61,490 nucleotides of DNA from Candidatus Saccharimonadia bacterium (lineage in GTDB: Bacteria; Patescibacteriota; Saccharimonadia; UBA4664): the NCBI GenBank assembly GCA_035544015.1, contig DATKIP010000113.1, positions 1 through 61,490 of the forward strand, written 5' to 3'. A program made the translations under genes and the position numbers. Below are positions 48,521 to 56,217 of the stretch, piece by piece; the first letter of the stretch is position 1; the number at the start of each line of letters is the position of its first letter. The notes below the pieces were generated by a model that made no database searches, was not told where the DNA came from, and worked only from the letters and a program-made list of their open reading frames with translations.

Positions 48521-48762
48521 TGCCCCTCGCCCCCTTCCTCGCCACGCGGGCGCCCGGGATCGCGGGCGGCCCGGCTCTCCGCTCGTAACCGCCTGATCTC
48601 AACCAGGAGATCGGGAACGTCCTGCATGCAGACCTGAAAGGCGATGGCCATCTGCTGCTGGCGATTCGCGAGCCCTTTGGTGACAGTTCGTGCCCGAACC
48701 TCGATCGCCACGAGATCGTCGCCGGTGAGCTTTGGCCTAACGCGCCCGCTCCCCCGCGTCAT
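48517..48762 (-). CDS. Hypothetical protein, 81 aa
   Basis: Track ORF with ATGA overlaps. Confidence 0.55.
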   Translation of the reverse strand: MTRGSGRVRPKLTGDDLVAIEVRARTVTKGLANRQQQMAIAFQVCMQDVPDLLVEIRRLRAESRAARDPGRPRGEEGGEGQ

Positions 48763-49208
48763 GGTGTCGACCCTGGGCGGCGGCGCTCGTCCAGTAACTC
48801 AACCTGAACCGGCTTGCCAGCCCGACGTGCAATCCTGACCGTCATCCACGTCCCCGATCGCCGAGAGCGCGGGTCGTCCTCGGATGCTTCGGGGATGGTG
48901 ATCAGGCGGTCGCTCAGCTCCACGATCCGCTCATTCCGTGCCCGGTAGTCGGTGCCTGGCGGCATCTCCTCGAAGATGTCGCAGTGCTGCCTCCAGAAGC
49001 GCCCCACGCGGCTCCGATCGGCCGGCAGGACCGTGTGTACCTTCAGTCCGCGCTGGTGAGCGGCAACGGCCACGAGCATGTCCACGCCGATGCAGCCGCC
49101 AGTGACCACTGTGCAATCAGGCGGTAGGTCGCTCACGATGTCAGCGATCCGCCCAGCATCGCGGTGACCGGCTGAGCGGGTGCCGCTGAAGCCGACCGTC
49201 TCGCTCAT
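48759..49208 (-). CDS. SLOG-superfamily Rossmann protein (DUF2493/DprA-like), 149 aa
   Basis: VGFSGTRS...CTVVTGGCIGVDMLVAVAAHQRGLKVHTVLP...YRARNERIVELSDRLITIP...SGTWMTVRIARRAGKPV fits the DprA/DUF2493 pattern. Confidence 0.6.
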   Translation of the reverse strand: MSETVGFSGTRSAGHRDAGRIADIVSDLPPDCTVVTGGCIGVDMLVAVAAHQRGLKVHTVLPADRSRVGRFWRQHCDIFEEMPPGTDYRARNERIVELSDRLITIPEASEDDPRSRRSGTWMTVRIARRAGKPVQVELLDERRRPGSTP

Positions 49209-49411
49209 TCTTCCGACTCCTGATCGGATACTCCTGACGAGGCGCCTCGGTAGTGCTCCAGGCCAGCCCGAAGCAAACGGATGATGGTCCGGTTGAGTGG
49301 TCGGTCCTCTTCCTCAGTCAGTTGCTTGATCTCGGCGTGGAGATCGTCGGGGAGTCTAACTTGTAGTGCCACGATCCTTCTCGGCATGCGCGTAGTGTAG
49401 GTCAGGTTCAC
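49205..49411 (-). CDS. Ribbon-helix-helix (CopG/MetJ/Arc) regulator, 60-68 aa
   Basis: RRIVALQVRLPDDLHAEIKQLTEEEDRPLNRTIIRLLRAGLEHY. The start could be the GTG at 49411 or the ATG at 49387. Confidence 0.7.
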   Translation of the reverse strand: MNLTYTTRMPRRIVALQVRLPDDLHAEIKQLTEEEDRPLNRTIIRLLRAGLEHYRGASSGVSDQESEE

Positions 49412-49457
49412 CTGAACTTGCGCACCTGCACTTGAATAGTAGCATATGCACCTAAAC
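49409..49457. promoter_or_regulatory. Three direct repeats CACCTNNAC in the divergent control region
   Basis: cacctgaac at 49409-49417, cacctgcac at 49423-49431 and cacctaaac at 49449-49457. The 8-bp palindrome GCATATGC lies at 49442-49449. TTGAAT (49432-49437) and TATACT (49463-49468) are promoter-like hexamers. Confidence 0.5.
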
Positions 49458-49534
49458 TATGCTATACTTCAGGCATGAAGAAAGCCCCCACGAGTCATCA
49501 CCTCGTGAGGGCCAACCAAACGGAGGTAACCCGA

Positions 49535-49936
49535 ATGGCGTCAGCAGTCTACCAGCCATCGGCAAGTCAGTGGGCATCGGCAACCGTGCACCTGGAGAAC
49601 CGCGACGAGTGGCGGTATTTCCGGAAGTGCGGCGTGCGATACGTGGCGATCATCTCAGGCCGCAGCAGTCGCTTTTACGTGGTCCGCGCTGACGCCGGCG
49701 GGTGCTCTTGTCCGTGGGGGCAGAGCCCGTGGTCTTTCGGCAAGCCGTGCAGCCATCGTATCGCCGTCGAGCTTGCGGCGCTGGAGGCTGACTTGATCGA
49801 GTCGCGCAAGCAAGCTCCGAAAGCGCGGCCGACCATCGAAGAGTTGTGGCCAAGTTGCTGGACGGACGGGTGTGACAACGATCCCGCGCCCCACTCCGGT
49901 GGCTGCCACGAGCACATGAATTCGGAGGCGTTCTGA
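49535..49936 (+). CDS. SWIM zinc-finger protein, 133 aa
   Basis: GGCSCPWGQSPWSFGKPCSHRIAV fits the SWIM pattern CxCxnCxH. The ATG at 49535 has GGAGG 8 nt upstream (the track starts at 49475). Confidence 0.65.
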   Translation: MASAVYQPSASQWASATVHLENRDEWRYFRKCGVRYVAIISGRSSRFYVVRADAGGCSCPWGQSPWSFGKPCSHRIAVELAALEADLIESRKQAPKARPTIEELWPSCWTDGCDNDPAPHSGGCHEHMNSEAF

Positions 49937-50403
49937 TGGGTCACTCACCGGCGACACCGCAACTCGATCGAGCGCTCGCGGTCAGGGACGTGTCTGAGCA
50001 GATTGGCCAGTTCGTCATGGAGCACCTGGCCGCGCAAGGAATCGTCCTGGCCCGCTGGATGTGGGAGCAGTTGCCCTGCACGAAGACCTGGGGCCAGAAG
50101 GCTGACGGCACCTACGTCGAGATCAAACCCTTCAGCAGGTACGCGGTGGACGCCAATGGCGAGATTGGCCGCGCGCGCTATGACGAGGTCGAGATCGACG
50201 TATTCGAGTGCCCCTGCCCGATGCAGGCTCGGGAGGGAGGTAGGCCGGAACACACCTACCAGCACGCGCGATGGTCGCTCATCCAATTTTACAAGTCTGA
50301 CTCGTGGATCAACGACGAGTTAGCTCGGTTCTTTGGACTCGATCCATCCGAGATGGAACGAGAACGAAAGGCCCTGCTGGCAAGTCTGAGTCAGCATAAC
50401 TGA
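49936..50403 (+). CDS. Hypothetical protein, 155 aa
   Basis: Track ORF with a TGATG junction to the upstream gene. Confidence 0.65.
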   Translation: MGHSPATPQLDRALAVRDVSEQIGQFVMEHLAAQGIVLARWMWEQLPCTKTWGQKADGTYVEIKPFSRYAVDANGEIGRARYDEVEIDVFECPCPMQAREGGRPEHTYQHARWSLIQFYKSDSWINDELARFFGLDPSEMERERKALLASLSQHN

Positions 50404-50449
50404 CCCCCCGCCCAGGCCGCACCGGCGGCCGTTCAGCCTGGAGGATGGC

Positions 50450-50638
50450 ATGGAGGAAGCGAACGACTGTCCTTTCAACTGTGACGGGTCAGGGCGCTGC
50501 TTGATAGCGGCACATCGCCAGGAAGAGCCTTACCGCCAGCCGACTCCGAGCGACCCTAACGGACAACTGCGCCACTGGCGACGGAAGGGAGACGGCATCA
50601 GTATGACTGGCAAGCGAAGAGCGACGATAAACGACTGA
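50450..50638 (+). CDS. Hypothetical protein, 62 aa
   Basis: Track ORF. Confidence 0.5.
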   Translation: MEEANDCPFNCDGSGRCLIAAHRQEEPYRQPTPSDPNGQLRHWRRKGDGISMTGKRRATIND

Positions 50639-50722
50639 CCCCGCGCGCCGTGGCCGCCCGGCAATGGGCAGGGCGGAGAGGCCGAAGTAATCCCCCTTAG
50701 CTGAAACAGTAAGGAGAGGATC

Positions 50723-50914
50723 GTGAGGGTCGAGGCGTCCACCCCGATAGCGGAGTACAGCTTGGAGCAGACGGCCGAGGACACCATCGTCATGATTCAG
50801 CGCAGATACGGGCCGGAGTACCCCGGGGTTGATCTGGTGGAGCATATGACGAGAGCTGAGGCCAACAGCTTCCTGTTCAACCTGAGCGGCTACATCGACA
50901 AGGTCGAGTTCTGA
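50723..50914 (+). CDS. Hypothetical protein, 63 aa
   Basis: Track ORF. GTG start with AAGGAGAGG upstream. Confidence 0.55.
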   Translation: MRVEASTPIAEYSLEQTAEDTIVMIQRRYGPEYPGVDLVEHMTRAEANSFLFNLSGYIDKVEF

Positions 50915-50964
50915 GCGCCCGCCGCCCTGGCGGGCCGGCGGTGTGAGGAGAGGGAGAGAAGACG

Positions 50965-51159
50965 ATGCCGGCACTAACACGGATCACAGCAACGGTCGTG
51001 ATCGACGTCGTGATTCAGGGCGACGAAGAACTCGACAACATCTGCGAAGACATTCACCAGCAGCTCAGCATGGTGATGGTTGACAACGACTGGACGGGGT
51101 CGGTTGAGTTGTCGTGGGAGCACACCGCCCCTGCGAACAACATCGTGCCGATTCGCTGA
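50965..51159 (+). CDS. Hypothetical acidic protein, 64 aa
   Basis: Track ORF with GAGGAGAGGGAGAG upstream. Confidence 0.55.
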   Translation: MPALTRITATVVIDVVIQGDEELDNICEDIHQQLSMVMVDNDWTGSVELSWEHTAPANNIVPIR

Positions 51160-51197
51160 CTGACGCCCCGCGCGCGGGCACCCTTGGGAGGTTGACG

Positions 51198-51545
51198 GTG
51201 AGCGATTCAGAAGAGCAAGCAATGAACGAGGCCTGGATGGCGAGCAAGATCCTCGCGGGCCTCACTGACGAACGTCAGGCGTGGCGGGAAGGACTGGCGT
51301 TTCGTGAGGGCTGGCTGGCCAATGCCGCCCTCTCGGCGGCCCAGTGCCAGCCCGAGGCGGGAGAGGCTGAGCGGCTCAGGAAGGCGCTGGGGAAGATCGT
51401 GGACACGATCGACGCCTTCCCGTACGAGACATGGCGCGGTGCCAGCGTCGAGGTCCGTCAGCAGGTTTTACGGATCGCGATTGACGCTCTTGTGCCTCTG
51501 GCCCAGCCGGCCCGGGACGGGGGCGCGGGGGACGAGCATGCCTGA
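51198..51545 (+). CDS. Hypothetical protein, 115 aa
   Basis: In frame with track ORF 51114..51545. The GTG at 51198 has GGGAGG upstream. Confidence 0.55.
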   Translation: MSDSEEQAMNEAWMASKILAGLTDERQAWREGLAFREGWLANAALSAAQCQPEAGEAERLRKALGKIVDTIDAFPYETWRGASVEVRQQVLRIAIDALVPLAQPARDGGAGDEHA

Positions 51546-51735
51546 TGAGTTGAGCGCGCTTGAAATGGCCGTGAAGGCACGCGGCGATCAAGCGGCTGAG
51601 ATGTTGCGCGAGTGGGCGCCGGAGCTCGAAACGATTGCGCACAGAGATCCGTCCACCTGGACGCCCAACGATATCAGGAAGATCAAGGGCACACTTCTGA
51701 GTGTCTACGGCTTCGTCACGGAGGGTCGCATCTGA
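51538..51735 (+). CDS. Hypothetical protein, 65 aa
   Basis: In frame with track ORF 51304..51735. ATG at 51538 (MPDELSALEMAVKARG...). Confidence 0.5.
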   Translation: MPDELSALEMAVKARGDQAAEMLREWAPELETIAHRDPSTWTPNDIRKIKGTLLSVYGFVTEGRI

Positions 51736-51929
51736 TGCCTGACGACGAGCGGCCGGGCGGCGGGTACGAGGCGGCGCCGACGATGACATGTCCCGGCTAT
51801 CCTGATCAGGGCCACGACTTCAAGGCTGTGGCCACAGTCGGCGCGTTGACGTACATGCGGTGCCGCCGCTGCCGGACAGGTCCATACGTCAATGCGGACA
51901 TCACGCTGACGCTAGACGACCCGTCCTGA
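51735..51929 (+). CDS. Cys-containing mini-protein, 64 aa
   Basis: In frame with track ORF 51612..51929. The ATG at 51735 overlaps the upstream TGA. Confidence 0.5.
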   Translation: MPDDERPGGGYEAAPTMTCPGYPDQGHDFKAVATVGALTYMRCRRCRTGPYVNADITLTLDDPS

Positions 51930-51948
51930 CAGCGGCGGGCATGGAGAG

Positions 51949-52323
51949 GTGCGAGGGATGGGCCATTACAGTATCGGCCAGGTGACTAGCATTGAAGATC
52001 TGCACACGAGTTTCGGTGTCGATCCTCGGCCTAATACATTGAACTACGTGCTGGGATCAACGTCGGGCGTTCACGGATCGTATGCCAGCCTGGACGACAT
52101 CGAAGCCTGTTTTGAACGTACCTGTGATTGCGAAGGTGGCGACCACGAGTACGATGAGGAAGGACGGGCAGACTTCACGGTCCTACTGGTTCGCCCGCGC
52201 CTTGTGCACCTCAGCTACGGCCATATTGAAATCACACGGGGGGATATCCCGTACCTTCGCCTTCTCATCACTCGCTCAATGGAGGCGATCCGCGAGTCGC
52301 AGGCGGGTAACCTTATCGGATGA
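51949..52323 (+). CDS. Hypothetical protein, 121-124 aa
   Basis: Track ORF. The ATG at 51958 is an alternative start. Confidence 0.6.
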   Translation: MRGMGHYSIGQVTSIEDLHTSFGVDPRPNTLNYVLGSTSGVHGSYASLDDIEACFERTCDCEGGDHEYDEEGRADFTVLLVRPRLVHLSYGHIEITRGDIPYLRLLITRSMEAIRESQAGNLIG

Positions 52324-52381
52324 CCGCCCACTCCCAGCCCGTCGCTCGGGCGGCGGGGCTCTCAGGAGGAAGGAGCGAAGG

Positions 52382-52603
52382 ATGACTGACCGACACAACG
52401 GCTACTACGTCGTGCTGGAGCACGATATCCGTGATGACGATGCCGAGGCGACCATCGCCGCAGTCAAGCAGATCAAGGGGGTGCTCTCGGTTACGCCGAA
52501 CATTGCTGGCTTCGATGAGCACATCGCGGAGATGCGCGTTCGGACGGAACTGAGCGAAAAGCTACTGAAGGTGCTGCACCCCGAATGGTACAAGGACCGC
52601 TGA
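52382..52603 (+). CDS. Hypothetical protein, 73 aa
   Basis: In frame with track ORF 52082..52603. The ATG at 52382 has GGAAGGAG upstream. Confidence 0.55.
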   Translation: MTDRHNGYYVVLEHDIRDDDAEATIAAVKQIKGVLSVTPNIAGFDEHIAEMRVRTELSEKLLKVLHPEWYKDR

Positions 52604-52654
52604 CCTTGGCATCTCGGGCGCGCGGGCCCGGGTCAGGCGGCGGGGAAGTGTAGA

Positions 52655-52978
52655 ATGGACATCATGAACGCTGCGGACCATGAGGCGCTGACTGCCATCT
52701 CCAGACTCTACAGCGCGCCGGCACACCGACTCCCGCCGGCTGTCCTCGTTCAGCATGACCTGCTCACCGGGCGCGCCCACGTCAACATCCCCCCGATCAT
52801 GCGGTCTGGTCTGGAGCAGCTAGGCTACGATCCGAATGCCTACGGCCGCACCTACGAGGACAATCTCCGTCGTCAGGGTCTCTGGCCCGCCGATCGCCCG
52901 CCCTTGTACGTGCTGCCCCGCATCAAACCCTGGAGTCGGCGCGGCTGGCGTGTGGTGATCGGGCACAGGAAGCGTTAG
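52655..52978 (+). CDS. Hypothetical basic protein, 107 aa
   Basis: Track ORF. Its stop codon overlaps the stop codon of the convergent endolysin gene (gTTAGg). Confidence 0.55.
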   Translation: MDIMNAADHEALTAISRLYSAPAHRLPPAVLVQHDLLTGRAHVNIPPIMRSGLEQLGYDPNAYGRTYEDNLRRQGLWPADRPPLYVLPRIKPWSRRGWRVVIGHRKR

Positions 52979-54177
52979 GCGGCGGGCAGCCGGTCGCGGA
53001 GCACGGTCAGGCGGCTGATGATGTCGTCGAGATCGGCGCGGCTGATCGAGGATGACGGGACTGGAGTAGGCGCCGGCATCGGGGTGCCGATGAGATCCGG
53101 ATGCAGCACCCGAACAATGCTGGCGTTGTTGCCAGCCCTGGCCTCGAACTGCTGGCGCGTAAGCTCGGGCTGACCGTAGGTCGCACCGGTAGCGGGATTG
53201 GCCAGCAGAATGACGTCTCGCGCCGGATCGTAGCCCCGCACGCCGCTCCAGTGGCCGTGGCCGGCGCCGCCCCAGACCGGCAGTCCCAGCAGCAACGGAT
53301 ACGGCGGATGCGCGTTGATCTCAGGGATGAGCTGATCCCAGGAGATCGGGCACTGGTTGTTAGAGATCCCGTAGCCGTCCGAGCCGTAGTGCTTCGGGTC
53401 GCCGATCTGCAGCCAGGTAACGATGCCGGCGCCAGTGTGGTCGAGTAAGCCAACCTCCTTGGAGACGATGTTCAGATTGACCATGTCGGTCTCGATCCAG
53501 TCGGTGGCCGGGGTCCGGCCCAGCGCGCGCATCGCCCACGTCAACGAGGTCGGGGCGCACGACCAGTCGTCGTTCTGCAGCACAGCCGGGTAGTCGGGGT
53601 TGAACGTGACGGGCATGGGTGTCTCCGTGGGGGCGGCGTAGGCGTCGAGGGCGCTGGCCATCGCGATCAGGCGGTCGAGCCCAGCCGTTCCGCCCTGGAA
53701 GACGCGGCGCACCCAATTCCAATCGTGTTCGTGGCAGAGCTCCACCATCGTGTAGAAGTGCGACCCGTTCTTGGCAGGGACGCCCTTGGTGGCCCAGAAC
53801 CAGGCTAGGATATTGGCGCTGATTTTCGGGTCTAGCGCCAGGTCGGGATTGCTGACGAGGTCGATGCCGAGCGCGTCACCCGCGTTCCGATAGTTCGACA
53901 AGTGCGTCAGTTGCGGGAAGCCTCGGCCGGCGAAGTCGGGGCCGCCCTCGTACCCTGCCCAGTTAGCCGTCGTGCCGTACTCGTGGATCGGCTCAAAGGT
54001 CGATGCCGTCTCGATGGCGACCGTAGGCAACACACCGAGGCAGACGTCGCGATCGTAGATCCCCCGCACGTACAGGGCATCGACAATCAGCGGCCAGTTG
54101 TGGGTCACAGCATCCACGGGGCAGCCAGTGATGCGGGCGATCGTAGCCGCGTCCCACCAGCGCCAGGGATCAGCCAC
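52975..54177 (-). CDS. Two-domain endolysin: GH19 muramidase/chitinase-like + C39-like (papain-fold) cysteine peptidase, 400 aa
   Basis: GH19: AIETASTFEPIHEYG...GRGFPQLTHLSNYRNAGDALGIDLVSNPDLALDPKISANILAWFW. Peptidase: NDDWSCAPTSLTWAMRALG...GHGHWSGVRGYDPARDVILLANP. The GTG at 54177 overlaps the holin stop. The track extension to 54423 overlaps the holin gene out of frame. Confidence 0.8.
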   Translation of the reverse strand: MADPWRWWDAATIARITGCPVDAVTHNWPLIVDALYVRGIYDRDVCLGVLPTVAIETASTFEPIHEYGTTANWAGYEGGPDFAGRGFPQLTHLSNYRNAGDALGIDLVSNPDLALDPKISANILAWFWATKGVPAKNGSHFYTMVELCHEHDWNWVRRVFQGGTAGLDRLIAMASALDAYAAPTETPMPVTFNPDYPAVLQNDDWSCAPTSLTWAMRALGRTPATDWIETDMVNLNIVSKEVGLLDHTGAGIVTWLQIGDPKHYGSDGYGISNNQCPISWDQLIPEINAHPPYPLLLGLPVWGGAGHGHWSGVRGYDPARDVILLANPATGATYGQPELTRQQFEARAGNNASIVRVLHPDLIGTPMPAPTPVPSSSISRADLDDIISRLTVLRDRLPAA

Positions 54178-54508
54178 GGCTGGCCTCCAGCAACCGAGGC
54201 TCATCGGGCTCGTCCACCGCATCCGGAAACCGCTGGCGCATCTGGGCCGCGCGCTCGCGGAGCACCGCTTTCGCGATCTCGTCGACGGTCGGCACGGTCG
54301 GCTGAGAGCGCCACGCTCCCACCGCGTCTGAGGCGCCTTCGGCGACGGTATAGATGCCAACGGCGCCGAGGGCGGCTGTTTGGAATTCGCTCCACGTGAT
54401 GTGCCCGCCCCAGTAGCCGGCAATGGCCAGCGCCAGCATGAAGAGGCACAGGAGCAGTTTCCGACTGGTTAGGCGGTTGTACAGGTCGTCAAGCTTTGAC
54501 TGACTCAT
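54170..54508 (-). CDS. Holin-like membrane protein, 112 aa
   Basis: MSQSKLDDLYNRLTSRKLLLCLFMLALAIAGYWGGHITWSEFQTAALGAVGIYTVAEGA... has 2 hydrophobic segments and a charged C-terminus. ATGA overlap upstream. It lies immediately before the endolysin. Confidence 0.55.
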   Translation of the reverse strand: MSQSKLDDLYNRLTSRKLLLCLFMLALAIAGYWGGHITWSEFQTAALGAVGIYTVAEGASDAVGAWRSQPTVPTVDEIAKAVLRERAAQMRQRFPDAVDEPDEPRLLEASRG

Positions 54509-55005
54509 GCTGGCGGCTCCGGTGGCTTCATACGGGCGGTCGGACCAGGGATGGTTTCGTCGATCCAAGACGGCAGTGGAAGTGGTTTCAGTCCCCGTTC
54601 TAGTCGGTCGGTATCCACTTCCTCGCGCACAACCGAGAAGTAGTTCACAAATCGATGGTGACGACTTCTGAGCATGTCGTTCTCGCTATGCAGTTTCCGT
54701 AATTCCTCCAGGAACTTATCGGCGCGCTCTTCGCAGGCCCGGACCGCCTCGCGGCTTCTGGCATCCTGCTCGCGCATCTCAATGCGTGCTGCTGAAAGCT
54801 CAGTCCGCATCTGGCCGAGCTCAACGCGCTGGTCACGGATCGTCGCCAGGAGGTCGTCGCGGACCATGTCCTCGGATGTGGCGCGCTGTTGGCCCTTGTC
54901 CTTGCGCCAGTCGAGCAGCGCCTTGGCCGAACTGCCAGCGATGGCCAGGAGGCCGCCAGCGCCGACCCACGTCGCCGGGTCGCTCCATGCGGGGGTATCG
55001 GCCAC
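54505..55005 (-). CDS. Type-II membrane protein with a coiled coil (i-spanin/Rz-like or lysis regulator), 166 aa
   Basis: In frame with track ORF 54505..55248. GTG at 55005. The N-terminal TM segment ATWVGAGGLLAIAGSSA is followed by heptad-like RVELGQMRTELSAARIEMREQDARSREAV... Confidence 0.5.
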   Translation of the reverse strand: MADTPAWSDPATWVGAGGLLAIAGSSAKALLDWRKDKGQQRATSEDMVRDDLLATIRDQRVELGQMRTELSAARIEMREQDARSREAVRACEERADKFLEELRKLHSENDMLRSRHHRFVNYFSVVREEVDTDRLERGLKPLPLPSWIDETIPGPTARMKPPEPPA

Positions 55006-55006
55006 G

Positions 55007-55402
55007 TCAACGCACCCATCGCGCCTGCCAAAACGCCCCCACCTGGCCGGCAGCGAGCGCGAGCATGATCGGCGCCACCGCCGAGAGTGGGTTGGCCCAG
55101 AGGATGCCGAGACCGAGGGCGGTGAACAGCACCCCCAGGACGGTGGCCGCGATCCGTCGCAGCGGTACGGTGTCGTGCAAGGCCGCTGCGATCTGAGCGA
55201 CGCCAGCCCCGAGTAGCGACAGCCCCCAGATACTCTCGGGCGCCGCATCGAACAGGCGATAGCTCGGAGAGGTCGAAAACGTGCTGGCCGGCAGGATCAG
55301 CACGACTCCCGAAGCCACCGCCGCCATGCCGTTCTGGAGCTCCAGGCCTCTAGTGCTACTGCCTCGAATCATGTCGATGGCCCAGACGAGGTACCCGATC
55401 AC
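55007..55402 (-). CDS. Polytopic membrane protein, 131 aa, about 4 TM segments (holin or lysis-associated)
   Basis: Track ORF with hydrophobic stretches. It is the first gene after the 295-bp intergenic region. Confidence 0.6.
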   Translation of the reverse strand: MIGYLVWAIDMIRGSSTRGLELQNGMAAVASGVVLILPASTFSTSPSYRLFDAAPESIWGLSLLGAGVAQIAAALHDTVPLRRIAATVLGVLFTALGLGILWANPLSAVAPIMLALAAGQVGAFWQARWVR

Positions 55403-55486
55403 GGCGCCCCCGATGGAACGATTTGCCCCGCGTTGTCGCTCTATACAAGTGCCGTCCTCCTAGTTCATGCTAGGGTTCGGTGCTCT

Positions 55487-55516
55487 CCGGATCGGGTGTA
55501 CCACCACCCGATCCGG
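55487..55516. terminator. Perfect 12-bp hairpin between the fibre genes and the lysis cassette
   Basis: ccggatcgggtg (55487-55498) and cacccgatccgg (55505-55516) with a 6-nt loop. A second GC hairpin ggccc-tttc-gggcc follows at about 55535-55551. Confidence 0.5.
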
Positions 55517-55593
55517 CTGAGTGCGTTACTGCCCTGGCCCTTTCGGGGGCCGGGGTACCTGTGCTATGTTTCCCGCCCCTGGAGGGCCTTTAG

Positions 55594-55701
55594 ATGGAGG
55601 ATCGAGCTCGGCTGATTGCATTCGCCCTCTGGGGGGCGATTGGAATCTGGATCGTCCTTGGGTTCGGATTCCTGGCGTATCTGGTGACCGTCGCCCGCTA
55701 G
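55594..55701 (+). CDS. 35-aa single-TM peptide on the plus strand (tentative)
   Basis: GGAGGG lies 8 nt upstream of the ATG at 55594. Sequence MEDRARLIAFALWGAIGIWIVLGFGFLAYLVTVAR. Its TAG overlaps the TAG of the convergent minus-strand gene within CTAG. Confidence 0.35.
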   Translation: MEDRARLIAFALWGAIGIWIVLGFGFLAYLVTVAR

Positions 55702-56201
55702 AGCCCTCCAGGTCGGAACCGCCGCACCTCGGCGAAGGCAAACCAATCAACCGTCCGCCCCGTCGCCCCAGTCACCGTGATGACCGCGTCGTTCCCTGAG
55801 AGCGATGGCACGATCGTCCAATTGGCGACACCGGCCGTCGTCGCAGCCGCGCCGCTGTCCTGGTGGCTGGCGAGATCGACGCGGGCGCCGACCGCTGACG
55901 GGCCGTTCGAGAGCCGCTTGAACACGGATCGAAAGACGAGCGACTTGACGACGCCGTTGCCACTGTCGATCCCGTAGACCTCCACCAGCGCGCCATACGC
56001 GGTCAGGGTGATCAGTGGAAAGCGTAGAAGCTCCTGGGAGACCGTGCCGACCGTCTGGATGCGACCGATGGGGTTGACCTGGCCGGCGTATTCGGTGGTC
56101 GGAATCGCCCGCTGTGCATCAAACGCCGCGAGCTCGGCCCCGGTCATCTCGACCTCGACTAGCTCCCTGGTCGTGCAGTTGAACTCGACCTGTGTCGGCA
56201 C
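55698..56201 (-). CDS. Tail-fibre-module protein, 167 aa
   Basis: Track ORF downstream of the fibre genes. Confidence 0.65.
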   Translation of the reverse strand: MPTQVEFNCTTRELVEVEMTGAELAAFDAQRAIPTTEYAGQVNPIGRIQTVGTVSQELLRFPLITLTAYGALVEVYGIDSGNGVVKSLVFRSVFKRLSNGPSAVGARVDLASHQDSGAAATTAGVANWTIVPSLSGNDAVITVTGATGRTVDWFAFAEVRRFRPGGL

Positions 56202-56217
56202 GATGCCCTCCCGAATC

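Noticed and set aside
54178-54423. An 82-codon N-terminal extension of the endolysin ORF; likewise the upstream part of ORF 54505..55248
   Set aside because: Both extensions overlap the neighbouring membrane-protein genes out of frame and are Arg/Ser/Pro-rich. Internal GTG starts make GTGA-type junctions with the upstream stops.
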